A stretch of 64,000 nt of DNA from Acidimicrobiia bacterium (GTDB lineage Bacteria > Actinomycetota > Acidimicrobiia > Acidimicrobiales > CADCSY01), in NCBI GenBank assembly GCA_050249235.1, contig JBFWQW010000002.1, positions 7,936 through 71,935 on the forward strand. Direction: 5' to 3'. The notes beneath the pieces were generated by a model, which searched no databases, was not told where the DNA came from, and saw nothing but the letters and a program-made list of their open reading frames with translations. The position numbers and the translations under genes were made by a program. Positions within the stretch are counted from its first letter, which is position 1; each line of letters begins with the position of its first letter. This document shows, piece after piece, positions 9,255 through 18,924 of the stretch.

Positions 9255-9905
9255 TCAGGGCTCGATCAGGTAGACGACGGTGAAGATCAGGATCCACACC
9301 ACGTCGACGAAGTGCCAGTAGAGGCCGACGATCTCGAGCGACTCCGACTTGGCCGTGGGCAGCTTCCCCCGCAGCGAGAGCACGTAGAGGCTCAGCAGCA
9401 TCACGATGCCGAGCGTGACGTGGACCCCGTGGAAGCCGGTGAGCGTGTAGAAGGACGAGCTCTGGAGGCTGGTCGTGAAGCCCATGCCCTCCTTGACGAA
9501 CGACGTGAACTCGTAGACCTGCCCGGCCACGAAGCTGGCGCCGAGGGTGGCGGTGGCGAGGATCCACGTCCGGGCCTGCCGGTGCTCGCCCCGCTTCAGC
9601 GCGGCCAGGGCCAGCACCATGGTGAGCGAGCTCATGAGGAGGACGAAGGAGCTGACCGACGTGAAGGGGATGTCGTAGAGCTCGTGGACCTCGGGCCCGC
9701 TGACGACGGGCTTGACCCGGTTGATCAGGAAGACCGAGATGAGGCCGCCGAAGAGGAGGCACTCCGAGCCCAGGAAGGCCCACATGGCGAGCTTCTCGTT
9801 CGAGAGCCCCGTGCTGGTGCGGTGGCCGCCACCGGCATGGCCGTCGTCGGTGTGACCGTCGGCGGCGTGGTCGGTGTCGGCGACGTGCAGGACCGTCTCG
9901 GTCAT
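9255..9905 (-). CDS. ctaE: Cytochrome c oxidase subunit III
   Basis: A 216-aa protein carrying FYTLTGFHGVHVTLGIVML and GLYWHFVDVVWILIFTVVYL motifs. Its start shares an ATGA overlap with the ctaD stop. Confidence 0.9.
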   Translation of the reverse strand: MTETVLHVADTDHAADGHTDDGHAGGGHRTSTGLSNEKLAMWAFLGSECLLFGGLISVFLINRVKPVVSGPEVHELYDIPFTSVSSFVLLMSSLTMVLALAALKRGEHRQARTWILATATLGASFVAGQVYEFTSFVKEGMGFTTSLQSSSFYTLTGFHGVHVTLGIVMLLSLYVLSLRGKLPTAKSESLEIVGLYWHFVDVVWILIFTVVYLIEP

Positions 9906-11902
9906 TCCCCATCCTCCGCGTCCGCGGTCCCGGCCCCGACGAGGACCGCTTCCTGTTCGGGCTCCGGATCGGGCTCGCCGCCGTGGTGCCCGTCACCGTG
10001 GCCGGCGTCCGGGTCGACCGACGGCTCGAGGGCCCACCCGTACACGGCACCGAAGACGAGCAGGCCGCCGAGGGCCGACAGCCAGTACGTGTACATGAGC
10101 CCGTAGGCGATGAGCGGCAGGCCGAGGGCGAGCACGAGCGGCCAGTACGAGGGCGACGGCAGGTGGATGCCCGTCGGCGGCGTGTCGGCGATGAACGTCT
10201 CCACCCGCTCCCGGCGCCGGACCTTGTGGTCGGAACCCACCTCGTACTTGCGATGCCAGAAGTCGTCGAGCTGGGTCACGGTCGGCTCGATGTCGAAGTT
10301 GTGGGCGGGCGGCGGCGAGGACGTCGCCCACTCGATGGTGCGGGCGTCCCAGGGATCGGGATCGTGGGTGACGTTCCGGCGGCTGTACACCACGTTGTAG
10401 ATGAACACCAGGAACCCGAGGGCGATCACGAACGAGCCGATGGTCGAGAGCAGGTTGGGGATGTCCCAGCCCATGCCCTCGGGGTAGGTGGCCGTGCGCC
10501 GGGGCTGGCCCTGCAGACCGGCGATGTGCATCGGCCCGAAGGTCAGGTTGAAGCCGATCAGCCAGGTCCAGAAGTGGAGCTTGCCGAGGCGCTCGTCGAG
10601 GAACCGGCCGAAGATCTTCGGCCACCAGAAGTAGAGCCCGGCGAAGATGCCGAACATCGAGCCGCCGAACAGCACGTAGTGGAAGTGGGCGACGATGTAG
10701 TAGGTGTCGGTCTGCTGCCAGTCGGACGGTGACACCGAGTGGGTCACGCCCGAGAGCCCGCCGATGGTGAACTGCGACACGAGGCCCACCGCGAAGCACA
10801 TGGCGGTGGTGAACCGCAACTTGCCGCCCCACAGCGTGCCGACCCAGTTGAAGATCTTCACGCCGGTGGGCACGGCGATGAACATCGTCGAGAGGGAGAA
10901 GGCCGCCACGGTGACCGGCCCCGCGCCCGAGGCGAACATGTGGTGGGCCCACACACCCCATCCCATGAAGCCGATGGCGATCCCGGAGAAGACCATGAAC
11001 GAATAGCCGAACAGGGGCTTGCGGGCGAAGACCGGGATGATCTCGGACACGATGCCGAATGCCGGCAGGACGAGGATGTACACCTCCGGGTGGCCGAAGA
11101 TCCAGAAGAGGTGCTGCCACATGAGCGGGTCGGCGCCGGCCTCGACCACGAAGAAGTTGCTCTCGAAGAGCCGGTCGAAGGAGAGCAGGAACAGCGCCAC
11201 CGTGATGACCGGGATGGCGAAGAGCAGCAGGAACTGGGCGACCAGCGACATCCAGACGAAGATCGGCATCCGCATGAGGGTCATGCCGGGGGCCCGCATG
11301 TTGACGACCGTGACGATCAGGTTGATGGCCCCGATGAGCGAGGCGATGCCCGCGATCTGCAGGCCGAGGGCCCAGAAGTCGACGCCGTGACCCGGGTTGT
11401 AGGCCAGGCCGGAGTTCGGGACGTACATGAACCAGCCGCCGTCGGCGATCTCGTCGAGGACCGCACCCGAGTACAGGAACACGCCACCGGCGAGGAAGAT
11501 CCAGAACGACAGCGCGTTGAGCCGCGGGAAGGCGACGTCGCGGGCGCCGATCATCAGCGGGATCAGGTAGTTCGAGAAGGCCGCCAGCATCGGCATGATC
11601 ACGAGGAAGACCATGGTCGTGCCGTGCATCGTGAAGGCCTGGTTGAAGCGCTCGGGCGAGAGCACCTGGCCGTCGGGCTGGGCCAGCTGGGCCCGGATCA
11701 GCAGGGCCTCGAGGCCGCCCAGGCCGAAGAACACGAGCGCGGCCGCGCCGTAAAGGATGCCGATGCGCTTGTGGTCGACGGTCGTGAGCCACGACCGCCA
11801 CCCCTTGGTGCTCGTCGGCCGGCGGAAGACGCCGAGCGGCTCGCTGACGACGAGGTCGCCGGCCACGAGCTCGGGCCGCGGCTTGTCCAGGTCGATCGCC
11901 AT
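9902..11902 (-). CDS. ctaD: Cytochrome c oxidase subunit I with a C-terminal two-helix extension
   Basis: ATG at 11902 (MAIDLDKPRPE...). All canonical ligands are present: TMHGTTMVFL, WIFGHPEVYILVLP, VWAHHMF, VAHFHYVLFGG. The product is 666 aa, and about 120 of those lie beyond the usual end. Confidence 0.95.
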   Translation of the reverse strand: MAIDLDKPRPELVAGDLVVSEPLGVFRRPTSTKGWRSWLTTVDHKRIGILYGAAALVFFGLGGLEALLIRAQLAQPDGQVLSPERFNQAFTMHGTTMVFLVIMPMLAAFSNYLIPLMIGARDVAFPRLNALSFWIFLAGGVFLYSGAVLDEIADGGWFMYVPNSGLAYNPGHGVDFWALGLQIAGIASLIGAINLIVTVVNMRAPGMTLMRMPIFVWMSLVAQFLLLFAIPVITVALFLLSFDRLFESNFFVVEAGADPLMWQHLFWIFGHPEVYILVLPAFGIVSEIIPVFARKPLFGYSFMVFSGIAIGFMGWGVWAHHMFASGAGPVTVAAFSLSTMFIAVPTGVKIFNWVGTLWGGKLRFTTAMCFAVGLVSQFTIGGLSGVTHSVSPSDWQQTDTYYIVAHFHYVLFGGSMFGIFAGLYFWWPKIFGRFLDERLGKLHFWTWLIGFNLTFGPMHIAGLQGQPRRTATYPEGMGWDIPNLLSTIGSFVIALGFLVFIYNVVYSRRNVTHDPDPWDARTIEWATSSPPPAHNFDIEPTVTQLDDFWHRKYEVGSDHKVRRRERVETFIADTPPTGIHLPSPSYWPLVLALGLPLIAYGLMYTYWLSALGGLLVFGAVYGWALEPSVDPDAGHGDGHHGGEPDPEPEQEAVLVGAGTADAEDGE

Positions 11903-11904
11903 CG

Positions 11905-12948
11905 CTACTCCAGCGTCTTCAGGTAGGCCACGAGCGTCTCGATCTCCGCTTCGGTGAGCGGGCCGATCTGCATGAGGGAGCCGGCCTTGCGCTGCGGGTT
12001 GCGCAACCAGGCCTTCAGCTCGTTGGTGTCGGTGAGGTCGTAGATGCAGCCGGCGAAGCAGTCCCGGCTGTACAGGTGGGTGAGGTCGGGGGCGGGGGGT
12101 GAGTCGTCGGCCACGACCTCGTACTGGCCTTCGACCCGGTGGCAGCCGGCGCAGCCCTTCTGCTCGAAGAGCGCGAAGCCCTCGGCCTCGTCGCCGGACG
12201 ACGGCGTCGACGGCGCGTCCTGCATGCGGCCCAGCCACTCCTCCCAGTCGTCCGGGCCGTGGGCGACGACCTTCAGCCGCATGTTGGCGTGGGAGGTGCC
12301 GCAGAACTCGGCGCACTGGCCCGAGTAGACGCCCGGGGCGTCGGCCTCGAGGTTCCAGTCGTGGACCCGGCCGGGCACGACGTCGCGCTTGCCGTTCAGC
12401 CGGGGGGCCCAGAAGGAGTGGATGACGTCCTTCGACCGCAGCGTGAGCTTCACCGGCTGGCCGGCCGGGATGTGCAGCTCGTTGGCCGTGACGATGGCCT
12501 GGTCGATCCCGAGCTCGGACTGCTCCGGATAGGTGTAGGCCCACCAGTACTTCTGGCCCGTCACCTCGACCTCGAGCGAGCCGGCCGGCGGGTTGTCGGA
12601 CACGTCGAAGATCACCGGCAGGGTCATCACGCCGACACCCACCAGCACCAGGGCGGGCAGGATCGTCCAGCCGATCTCGAGGCGGGTGTTGCCGTGGAGC
12701 TGCTCGGGGAACTCCTCGTCGCCGGGGCGGCGGCGGAACTTGACCACCGCCACCACGACGAGCACCTGCACCAGGAAGAAGACGAAGATCGCGAACCCGA
12801 AGATCGGGCGCTGGAGATCGTCGATCAGGCGGGCCGGCCGGCCGGCCGGCTCGAACACGTCCTGGGGGGCGTCGGACGCGCAGGCCGTGAGGAACAGCCC
12901 CAGCCCGAGGGCGGGGAGGGCGCGGCACCACCGGCGGAAGCGGGTCAT
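11905..12948 (-). CDS. ctaC: Cytochrome c oxidase subunit II with a fused cytochrome c domain (caa3 type), lipoprotein
   Basis: ATG at 12948. It has a lipobox LFLTAC, the CuA site HSFWAP...CAEFCGTSHANM, and a C-terminal heme c motif CAGCH. Confidence 0.9.
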   Translation of the reverse strand: MTRFRRWCRALPALGLGLFLTACASDAPQDVFEPAGRPARLIDDLQRPIFGFAIFVFFLVQVLVVVAVVKFRRRPGDEEFPEQLHGNTRLEIGWTILPALVLVGVGVMTLPVIFDVSDNPPAGSLEVEVTGQKYWWAYTYPEQSELGIDQAIVTANELHIPAGQPVKLTLRSKDVIHSFWAPRLNGKRDVVPGRVHDWNLEADAPGVYSGQCAEFCGTSHANMRLKVVAHGPDDWEEWLGRMQDAPSTPSSGDEAEGFALFEQKGCAGCHRVEGQYEVVADDSPPAPDLTHLYSRDCFAGCIYDLTDTNELKAWLRNPQRKAGSLMQIGPLTEAEIETLVAYLKTLE

Positions 12949-13682
12949 CGGTCGTTCGTCTCCTCGGCGGTGGCTTCGCCCTGGTCCTCGCTGTGGTGCT
13001 CCTCGAAGGTGCGGTGCCCGCTCACGGCGCCGATCACGCCGGTGATCAGGAAGACCAGGGCGCCCACGGCCACGACGGCGGTGACGAGCGACGAGCTGAG
13101 GCGGGGCCGGGCCGCCACCAGCGCCGCGATGCCGAGGATCACCGAGGCGACGACGATCGCCACCACGGTCGAGCCGGTCTTCGGCAGCGCCAGCAGGACA
13201 CGCGAGAAGGAGACGACGATCAGCCCGACGCCGAGGCCGGCGGTGAGCGGGACCTCGAGCGGGAACATCAGCCGGTTCCGCAGCTCCTGGTTGGCGGCGT
13301 CGTCGCCGGTGGCCCGCTCGGCCCAGCCCTGAACCAGCCACTCGCCGAAGACGAGGGTGAGGATGCCGAGCCCGGTCCAGAAGAGGAACGTGCCGCCGGC
13401 CAGGCCGATCAGCGTGGTGCCGGTGCCGAGCGCAGCGAGGGCGGGCCAGGCGGCGGGGAGCGCGCGGCGGGGCAGCACCGTGGGCAGGGTCTCCGCCGGC
13501 GAGGCCGGGTCGCCGTCGTTCGTCGCCGAGGACAGGCCAACCAGCACGCCGGCCGCCACGACCAGGGAGCCGAGCACGAAGGTGCCGAACCACTCGCCGT
13601 CGCTGGCGACGGCGTAGACGACGGTCGAGCCGAAGGCGAGGAAGGCGATGGCGAGCCAGAGCTTGCCGGCGGTGCCGTTCAC
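12945..13682 (-). CDS. Polytopic membrane protein of unknown family (about 245 aa)
   Basis: GTG 13682 overlaps the upstream TGA (GTGA), and its own stop overlaps the ctaC ATG (ATGA). GC3 bias is very strong and there are about 7-8 hydrophobic helices. I recognise no motif. Confidence 0.6.
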   Translation of the reverse strand: MNGTAGKLWLAIAFLAFGSTVVYAVASDGEWFGTFVLGSLVVAAGVLVGLSSATNDGDPASPAETLPTVLPRRALPAAWPALAALGTGTTLIGLAGGTFLFWTGLGILTLVFGEWLVQGWAERATGDDAANQELRNRLMFPLEVPLTAGLGVGLIVVSFSRVLLALPKTGSTVVAIVVASVILGIAALVAARPRLSSSLVTAVVAVGALVFLITGVIGAVSGHRTFEEHHSEDQGEATAEETNDR

Positions 13683-14290
13683 GAGGAGGGCCCTCCCGTC
13701 AGGAACCACAGGCACCAGTAGACGACGCCACCGGCGGCCACCACGAAGTGCCAGACGGAGACGGCGCTGGTGACGAACCCGGCGTTGCCCGGGCCGAACT
13801 GGCCGCCGAGCACCCGGAATCCCATGGTGAGGAAGAGGACCAGGGCGGCGACCACCAGGACCAGGTGCGTGCCGGAGGCGGCGTAGACCACGTTGGCGTA
13901 CGTGCTCTCCCCGGCCTCGAAGCCGAGCTGCGTGTAGCAGAAGGAGAGGCCGTTGACGAAGGCCAAGCCGAGGAGCATGGTGACGCCGACGGCCACATAG
14001 GTCTGCCGCCGCTCGCCGACCTTGATGGCCCAGACGGCCCACTGCGCGGTGAACGACGAGAGCAGCAGCGCCATGTAGGTGACGCCGAGGGCGCTGTTCG
14101 GCATGTCGCCGGCCTCGAGGCCCCACTCGCCGCCGCCGGCGAGCACCGCCTCGCGGGCCGCGAAGTAGGCCGCCAGGAGGCCGCCGACGAGCATCGTGCC
14201 GGCCGCGATGGCGAGGAAGGTGCCGGTGAGCAGCACCGAGCGCCGGGGCTCGGGCGCGGCGGGGAGCGGGCCCTGGACCGTGACCGCCAT
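13679..14290 (-). CDS. Heme-copper oxidase subunit III-like protein (paralogue)
   Basis: A 203-aa protein with five helices and a terminal SVWHFVVAAGGVVYWCLWFL resembling the YWHFVD..W signature of subunit III. It shares an ATGA overlap with the upstream subunit I-like gene. Confidence 0.7.
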   Translation of the reverse strand: MAVTVQGPLPAAPEPRRSVLLTGTFLAIAAGTMLVGGLLAAYFAAREAVLAGGGEWGLEAGDMPNSALGVTYMALLLSSFTAQWAVWAIKVGERRQTYVAVGVTMLLGLAFVNGLSFCYTQLGFEAGESTYANVVYAASGTHLVLVVAALVLFLTMGFRVLGGQFGPGNAGFVTSAVSVWHFVVAAGGVVYWCLWFLTGGPSS

Positions 14291-15873
14291 CAGGCCTCCC
14301 TCTCGTCGAGCAGCGGGGTGGCCGATCCGACGGCGAGGACCGCGGACGGGAAGTTCGTGGCGACGGGCGGCGAGGACGTGGCCCACTCGAGGGTGTGGCC
14401 GCCCCAGGGGTCGGCCGGACCCGTGCCGCCGGCGAGGGCGGCGCGTGCCGCCGTCGCCAGCGCGACGAGGAGGCCGACGACCAGCAGGGCGCTGCCGGCC
14501 ACGGCGACGACGTTCAGCGCCTGGATGCCGGCATCGGAGGACGCGCCGGGCGCCAGGACGACGTCTTCGGCGAGGCCGTTGACGAGCGTGGCGACGGCGA
14601 CGAGGAGGGTGCCGCCGAAGGTGGCGAGGAAGGCGAGCGCGCCGGCGCCGTCGGGGAGCGTGGTCCCGTAGAGCTTCGGCGCCCACCACCACAGCCCGCC
14701 CAGCCCGCCGAGCCCCGCCGCGCCGAACACCACCAGGTGGAAGAGGCCCGTCTCCCAGACGGTGCCCCGCAGGTCGAGCCCGTCGATGACCGAGAGCGCG
14801 CCGGCCCCGGCGCCGAGGAGGAGGAGCAGGGCGCTCCCGCCGGCGAAGAGGAGCGGCACCTTCAGCACCGGGTTGCCGTTGCGGGCGGTGTCGGCCAGGA
14901 GGCCGACGACGGCGAGGGCGGGCACGACGGCGGCGAGGCCGATGGCGACGTAGAGCAGCTCGTCGAAGGTGCCGGGCACCTGGGCCCAGGCGCCGATGCT
15001 CACGATGCCGAGGGCGCCGAGCACGACCAGGACGGCCTCGTGGTGGCGGACCCGGTTCCGGACCAGGACCGGGACGATCTCGAAGGCCACGCCGACGGCC
15101 GGGACCGCGACCAGGTAGAGCTGGGGGATCGAGTGGGCCCAGGCGATGTCGCCGTAGTCGGCGAGGCCGTAGTCGCCGCCGAAGTGGTGGGTGACGAAGA
15201 GGACGATGACCCGGGCCAGCAGCACCGGCGCGCCGAGGAGCGTCAGGCCGGCGGTGACGACGATCGACCACGTGAAGGCGGGCACCCGCAGCAGGGTCAT
15301 GCCCGGTGCCCGCATGCTGAGGGCGGTCGTCAGGACGCAGAGCATCCCGAGGCCGAGGGCGCCGGCGAGCATGCCGAGGGCCAGGAGGTGGAGGTCGACG
15401 GCGACACCGTCGGCGCCCGACGGTCCGCCGTCGGCGGCGTAGGCGCCGAGCAGCAGGCCGGCACCGACCAGGTAGGTCCAGTAGGCGGTGGCCGCGCCCC
15501 GGGGGAAGGCCATGTCCGGGGAGCCGACCTGGATCGGGACGACGAACGTGGCCAGCCCGAGGAGCAGGGGCACGACGAACAGCCAGATCGCAGCCTCGCG
15601 GTGCAGGGTCAGGAGCTGCAGGTAGACGTCGGCATCGACGACGTCGAAGCCCTCGTCGAGGCCCTCGAGGGCGACGACGGTGCCGATCACGGTCGCCACC
15701 ACGCCGAGCACGAGGGCGGTGAGCACGTACAGCCGACCGAGCTGCTTGTGGTCGGAGGTCGTGAACCACCCGGCCAGGCCGGGGCGCTCCGGCGGGGGGA
15801 CGAGCGCCGGCGCACCAGGCGTCGCCTCGGTGGGCGCGGCCTCGGGCGCGGGTCTGGTCTCGGTCATGGCCAT
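14290..15873 (-). CDS. Heme-copper oxidase subunit I-like protein (divergent paralogue; binuclear-centre ligands apparently missing)
   Basis: A 527-aa protein that aligns by eye with ctaD along its length (WFTTSDHKQLGRLYV, LTLHREAAIW, SMRAPGMTLLRVPAFTW, LEWATSSPP). However, WAHHMF is replaced by WAQVPG and AHFHYV by GLFHLV. Confidence 0.8.
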   Translation of the reverse strand: MAMTETRPAPEAAPTEATPGAPALVPPPERPGLAGWFTTSDHKQLGRLYVLTALVLGVVATVIGTVVALEGLDEGFDVVDADVYLQLLTLHREAAIWLFVVPLLLGLATFVVPIQVGSPDMAFPRGAATAYWTYLVGAGLLLGAYAADGGPSGADGVAVDLHLLALGMLAGALGLGMLCVLTTALSMRAPGMTLLRVPAFTWSIVVTAGLTLLGAPVLLARVIVLFVTHHFGGDYGLADYGDIAWAHSIPQLYLVAVPAVGVAFEIVPVLVRNRVRHHEAVLVVLGALGIVSIGAWAQVPGTFDELLYVAIGLAAVVPALAVVGLLADTARNGNPVLKVPLLFAGGSALLLLLGAGAGALSVIDGLDLRGTVWETGLFHLVVFGAAGLGGLGGLWWWAPKLYGTTLPDGAGALAFLATFGGTLLVAVATLVNGLAEDVVLAPGASSDAGIQALNVVAVAGSALLVVGLLVALATAARAALAGGTGPADPWGGHTLEWATSSPPVATNFPSAVLAVGSATPLLDEREA

Positions 15874-15986
15874 GTGCGTGCGGTGAACCTCGGGTCGACC
15901 GTCAGGAGCCGGCCGCGGACTCTACACAGGGCCACTTGGGCGGCACGAAACCACCGGTCCATGTGGCCCACCCGGGTCGCCACCCC

Positions 15987-16907
15987 TCAGATCCCGGATC
16001 GCAGCAGCTCGTCGAGCGCCATCGCGGCGAACAGGAGCGTGAGGTAGGTGATCGACCAGGTGAACATGCGCATCGCCACCTGGGGCGTCGGCTCCCGCAG
16101 CAGCCGCACCGCGAACCAGGTGAACGCCGCGCCGAGCCCGACGGCGGCCACGCCGTAGAGCGGCCCGAGGCCGGCCGCCCAGCCGAAGGCCAGCGTGAGG
16201 GCCCAGAGGATCAGTGTGTAGCGCAGGATGCGCAGCGCGGTCGTGTGCAGCGACGCCACGACAGGGAGCATCGGCACCGACGCGGCCTCGTAGTCGTCGC
16301 GGTAGCGGACCGCGAGGGCCCAGAAGTGCGGCGGCGTCCAGAAGAAGATCACCGCGAAGAGGTAGACGGGCGCCCAGTCGAGCGAGTCCCGCACCGCGGC
16401 CCAGCCCACGAGGACGGGAACGGCGCCGGCCGCCCCGCCGATGACGATGTTGCTGGTGGACGTCCGCTTCAGCCACAGCGTGTAGACGAAGACGTAGAAG
16501 AGCGTGGCGCTCACGGCCAGCAGGGCGCTGAGCAGGTTGACCGTCAGCCACAGCAGCCCGAAGGCGGCGACCTCGAGCCCGATCGCGAACACCAGGGCGT
16601 CCCGGGGCCGGATGGCGCCCGTGACGAGCGGCCGGTGCCGGGTGCGGCGCATGAGCTGGTCGATGTCGCGGTCGATGAACATGTTGATGGCGTTGGCACC
16701 GCCCGCGGCCAGGGTGCCCCCGACGACGGTGGCGAGGATGAGCCAGGGCGAGGGGAGCCCCCCCTCGGCGACCACCATGGTCGGGACCGTCGTCACGAGC
16801 AGCAGCTCGATGATCCGGGGCTTCGTGAGCGCCACGTAGGAGCCGACGGTCGACCAACCGCCAGCCCGGACCCGTCCCCGTTCGCTGGCGACGAGCTGCG
16901 GCTGCAC
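15987..16907 (-). CDS. ctaB: Protoheme IX farnesyltransferase (heme O synthase)
   Basis: A 306-aa UbiA-family protein: [44 protein letters not shown]. Confidence 0.9.
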   Translation of the reverse strand: MQPQLVASERGRVRAGGWSTVGSYVALTKPRIIELLLVTTVPTMVVAEGGLPSPWLILATVVGGTLAAGGANAINMFIDRDIDQLMRRTRHRPLVTGAIRPRDALVFAIGLEVAAFGLLWLTVNLLSALLAVSATLFYVFVYTLWLKRTSTSNIVIGGAAGAVPVLVGWAAVRDSLDWAPVYLFAVIFFWTPPHFWALAVRYRDDYEAASVPMLPVVASLHTTALRILRYTLILWALTLAFGWAAGLGPLYGVAAVGLGAAFTWFAVRLLREPTPQVAMRMFTWSITYLTLLFAAMALDELLRSGI

Positions 16908-16975
16908 GAGGGCCGAGCCTAGGAGACACAGCTCGCGACCCGGAACTCCGCGGGAGGGCTACATACCATCGGGCC

Positions 16976-18004
16976 GTGCCCTACGACCCGCCGGCTCCGG
17001 GCGCCCGGACGGGGCTGTCGCCCGTGGCCTACCGCCGCATCACCCTGGTCGCGCTGACGTCGCTGGCCGTGATCGTGGTGACCGGCGCGGCGGTTCGCCT
17101 CACGGGCTCGGGCCTGGGCTGCAGCGACTGGCCGACGTGCGAGCAGGGCCAGCTGGCCCCGGCCGACCTCCGGGACGCGCCCGCCATGGTCGAGTTCGTC
17201 AACCGCACGATCACCGGGGTGGTGTCGGTGGCCGTGATCCTCGCCGTGCTCGGGTCGCTGGTCCGCCGGCCCCGGCGCCGCGACCTCACCCGGCTCTCGG
17301 TCGGGCTGGTCGTGGGCGTGCTGGCCCAGATCGTGCTCGGCGGCCTCGTCGTCCTCCTCGACCTCTCGCCCCGCCTCGTCATGGCCCACTTCGCCCTCTC
17401 GATGGTGATCGTGTGGAACGCCGTCGTCCTGCACCACCGGGCCGGGCTGCCCGACCTCGACGACCCGGCGCCGATGGCACCCCTACCGAGCGGATCGCCA
17501 GCGGCCGCATGGCGCCCGGGCGCGGCGCGACGGCTGGACCGGCTCACGCGGGGCGTGGTGGCGGCCGCCGCGGTCGTGGTGCTCACCGGCACGGTCGTCA
17601 CCGCGGCCGGTCCCCACGCCGGCGACGAGCAGGCCTCCCGTCTCGACCTGCCGGTCGCCGACGTGGCGCGCGTCCACGGCATCGCCGTGCTGGTCCTGCT
17701 GGCGGTCGTGCTGGCGGCCGCCCACGTGGTCCGGGCACCCGGCGCCCCGGTGGAGCGGCGCGAGCAGGTCGCGCGGCTGCTCTGGGTGCTCGTGGCCCAG
17801 GCCGCCGTCGGCTACACGCAGTACTTCACGGACGTCCCGCCGCTCCTCGTCGGGATCCACATCTGCGGTGCCCTCGCGGTGTGGATCGGCGCCGTCCAGC
17901 TCCGGCTGGAGAGCGCCCTCCCCCGCGCCGCCGGGTCCCGGCGCCCGGACGCCCCCTACCGGGCGCCCGACGGCGCCGACCTGAGCGCCGTGGGACCGGC
18001 ATGA
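16976..18004 (+). CDS. ctaA: Heme A synthase (COX15/CtaA)
   Basis: A 342-aa protein with [17 protein letters not shown] and paired His-containing helices. It is divergent from ctaB. Confidence 0.9.
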   Translation: MPYDPPAPGARTGLSPVAYRRITLVALTSLAVIVVTGAAVRLTGSGLGCSDWPTCEQGQLAPADLRDAPAMVEFVNRTITGVVSVAVILAVLGSLVRRPRRRDLTRLSVGLVVGVLAQIVLGGLVVLLDLSPRLVMAHFALSMVIVWNAVVLHHRAGLPDLDDPAPMAPLPSGSPAAAWRPGAARRLDRLTRGVVAAAAVVVLTGTVVTAAGPHAGDEQASRLDLPVADVARVHGIAVLVLLAVVLAAAHVVRAPGAPVERREQVARLLWVLVAQAAVGYTQYFTDVPPLLVGIHICGALAVWIGAVQLRLESALPRAAGSRRPDAPYRAPDGADLSAVGPA

Positions 18005-18288
18005 GCACGGCGCCGGTCGAGGTCCACGACCCGACGGTCGACGACGTCGCCGACCTCGACACGCCCTGGATCGTCCTCGTGTGGAACGACCCCATCAACC
18101 TCATGTCCTACGTGACCCACGTGTTCCAGAAGCTGTTCGGCTACAGCCGGGAGAAGGCCACGGCCCTGATGCTCGACGTCCACGAGAAGGGCCGGGCGGT
18201 GGTGTCGAACGGGACGCGTGAGCGGTGCGAGCTCGACGTCTTCCGCCTCCACGAGCACGGCCTCTGGGCGACGATGCAGCAAGACTGA
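18001..18288 (+). CDS. clpS: ATP-dependent Clp protease adaptor ClpS
   Basis: ATG 18001 overlaps the ctaA TGA. The sequence [46 protein letters not shown] is classic ClpS. Confidence 0.9.
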   Translation: MSTAPVEVHDPTVDDVADLDTPWIVLVWNDPINLMSYVTHVFQKLFGYSREKATALMLDVHEKGRAVVSNGTRERCELDVFRLHEHGLWATMQQD

Positions 18289-18330
18289 GCTTCCCTGCGG
18301 GAGCGGGCTCGGGTCGAGCGGGAGGGAGCG

Positions 18331-18798
18331 TTGGTGCTGATCGGGCGGCGGGTGCGACGGACCCGCAAGGGTGACTTCGAGGTCCGCCTGCCCCCCGAGG
18401 AGCGCGAGCTGCTCCGGACGGTGGTCCCCCAGCTCGCCGACCTGCTCACCGGCGACCTCGACGACCCGGGGCTGCGCCGCCTCTTCCCGACCGCCTACGC
18501 CGACGACCCCGAGAGGGACGCCGCCTACCAGCGGCTCGTCCGGGACGAGCTGGCCGACCGGCGGCGGGCGGCCGCGGCCACGATGGTCGCCAGCGTCGAC
18601 GCGACCCGACTCGACGAGGCCCAGCTGCACGCCTGGATGGGCGCCGTCAACGACCTCCGGCTCGTGCTCGGGACCCGCCTCGACGTGAGCGAGGAGACCG
18701 ACCTGGTTCCCGACCCGGACGACCCCGACGCGCCCCTCCTCGCGCTGTACGGCTACCTCGGGCTCCTCCTCGAGACCCTGGTCGACGCCGTCTCTTGA
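18331..18798 (+). CDS. DUF2017-like protein (conserved ClpS neighbour in Actinomycetota)
   Basis: A 155-aa protein: FEVRLPPEERELLRTVVPQLADLL...RLFPTAYADDPERDAAYQRLVRDEL. The RBS is GGGAGGGAG. The start is TTG 18331 or GTG 18334. Confidence 0.7.
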   Translation: MVLIGRRVRRTRKGDFEVRLPPEERELLRTVVPQLADLLTGDLDDPGLRRLFPTAYADDPERDAAYQRLVRDELADRRRAAAATMVASVDATRLDEAQLHAWMGAVNDLRLVLGTRLDVSEETDLVPDPDDPDAPLLALYGYLGLLLETLVDAVS

Positions 18799-18848
18799 GC
18801 GTGGGCCGGCCGCCGCCCGCCTCGTAGAGTGCGGGCCGGTCCGCACCG

Positions 18849-18924
18849 GCCCCCATCGTCCAGCGGCCCAGGACGCCGCCCTTTCAAGGCGGTAACACGG
18901 GTTCGAATCCCGTTGGGGGTGCCA
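18849..18924 (+). tRNA. tRNA-Glu (anticodon UUC)
   Basis: Cloverleaf by hand: acceptor GCCCCCA/TGGGGGT, anticodon stem CCGCC/GGCGG with loop CTTTCAA, T arm CGGGTTCGAATCCCG, and an encoded CCA. Confidence 0.9.

Noticed and set aside
9902-12931. A 1009-aa ORF suggesting a subunit II-I fusion
   Set aside because: The upstream part is Arg/Pro noise. ctaC is in a different frame with its own start at 12948 and TAG stop at 11905, and ctaD starts at ATG 11902.
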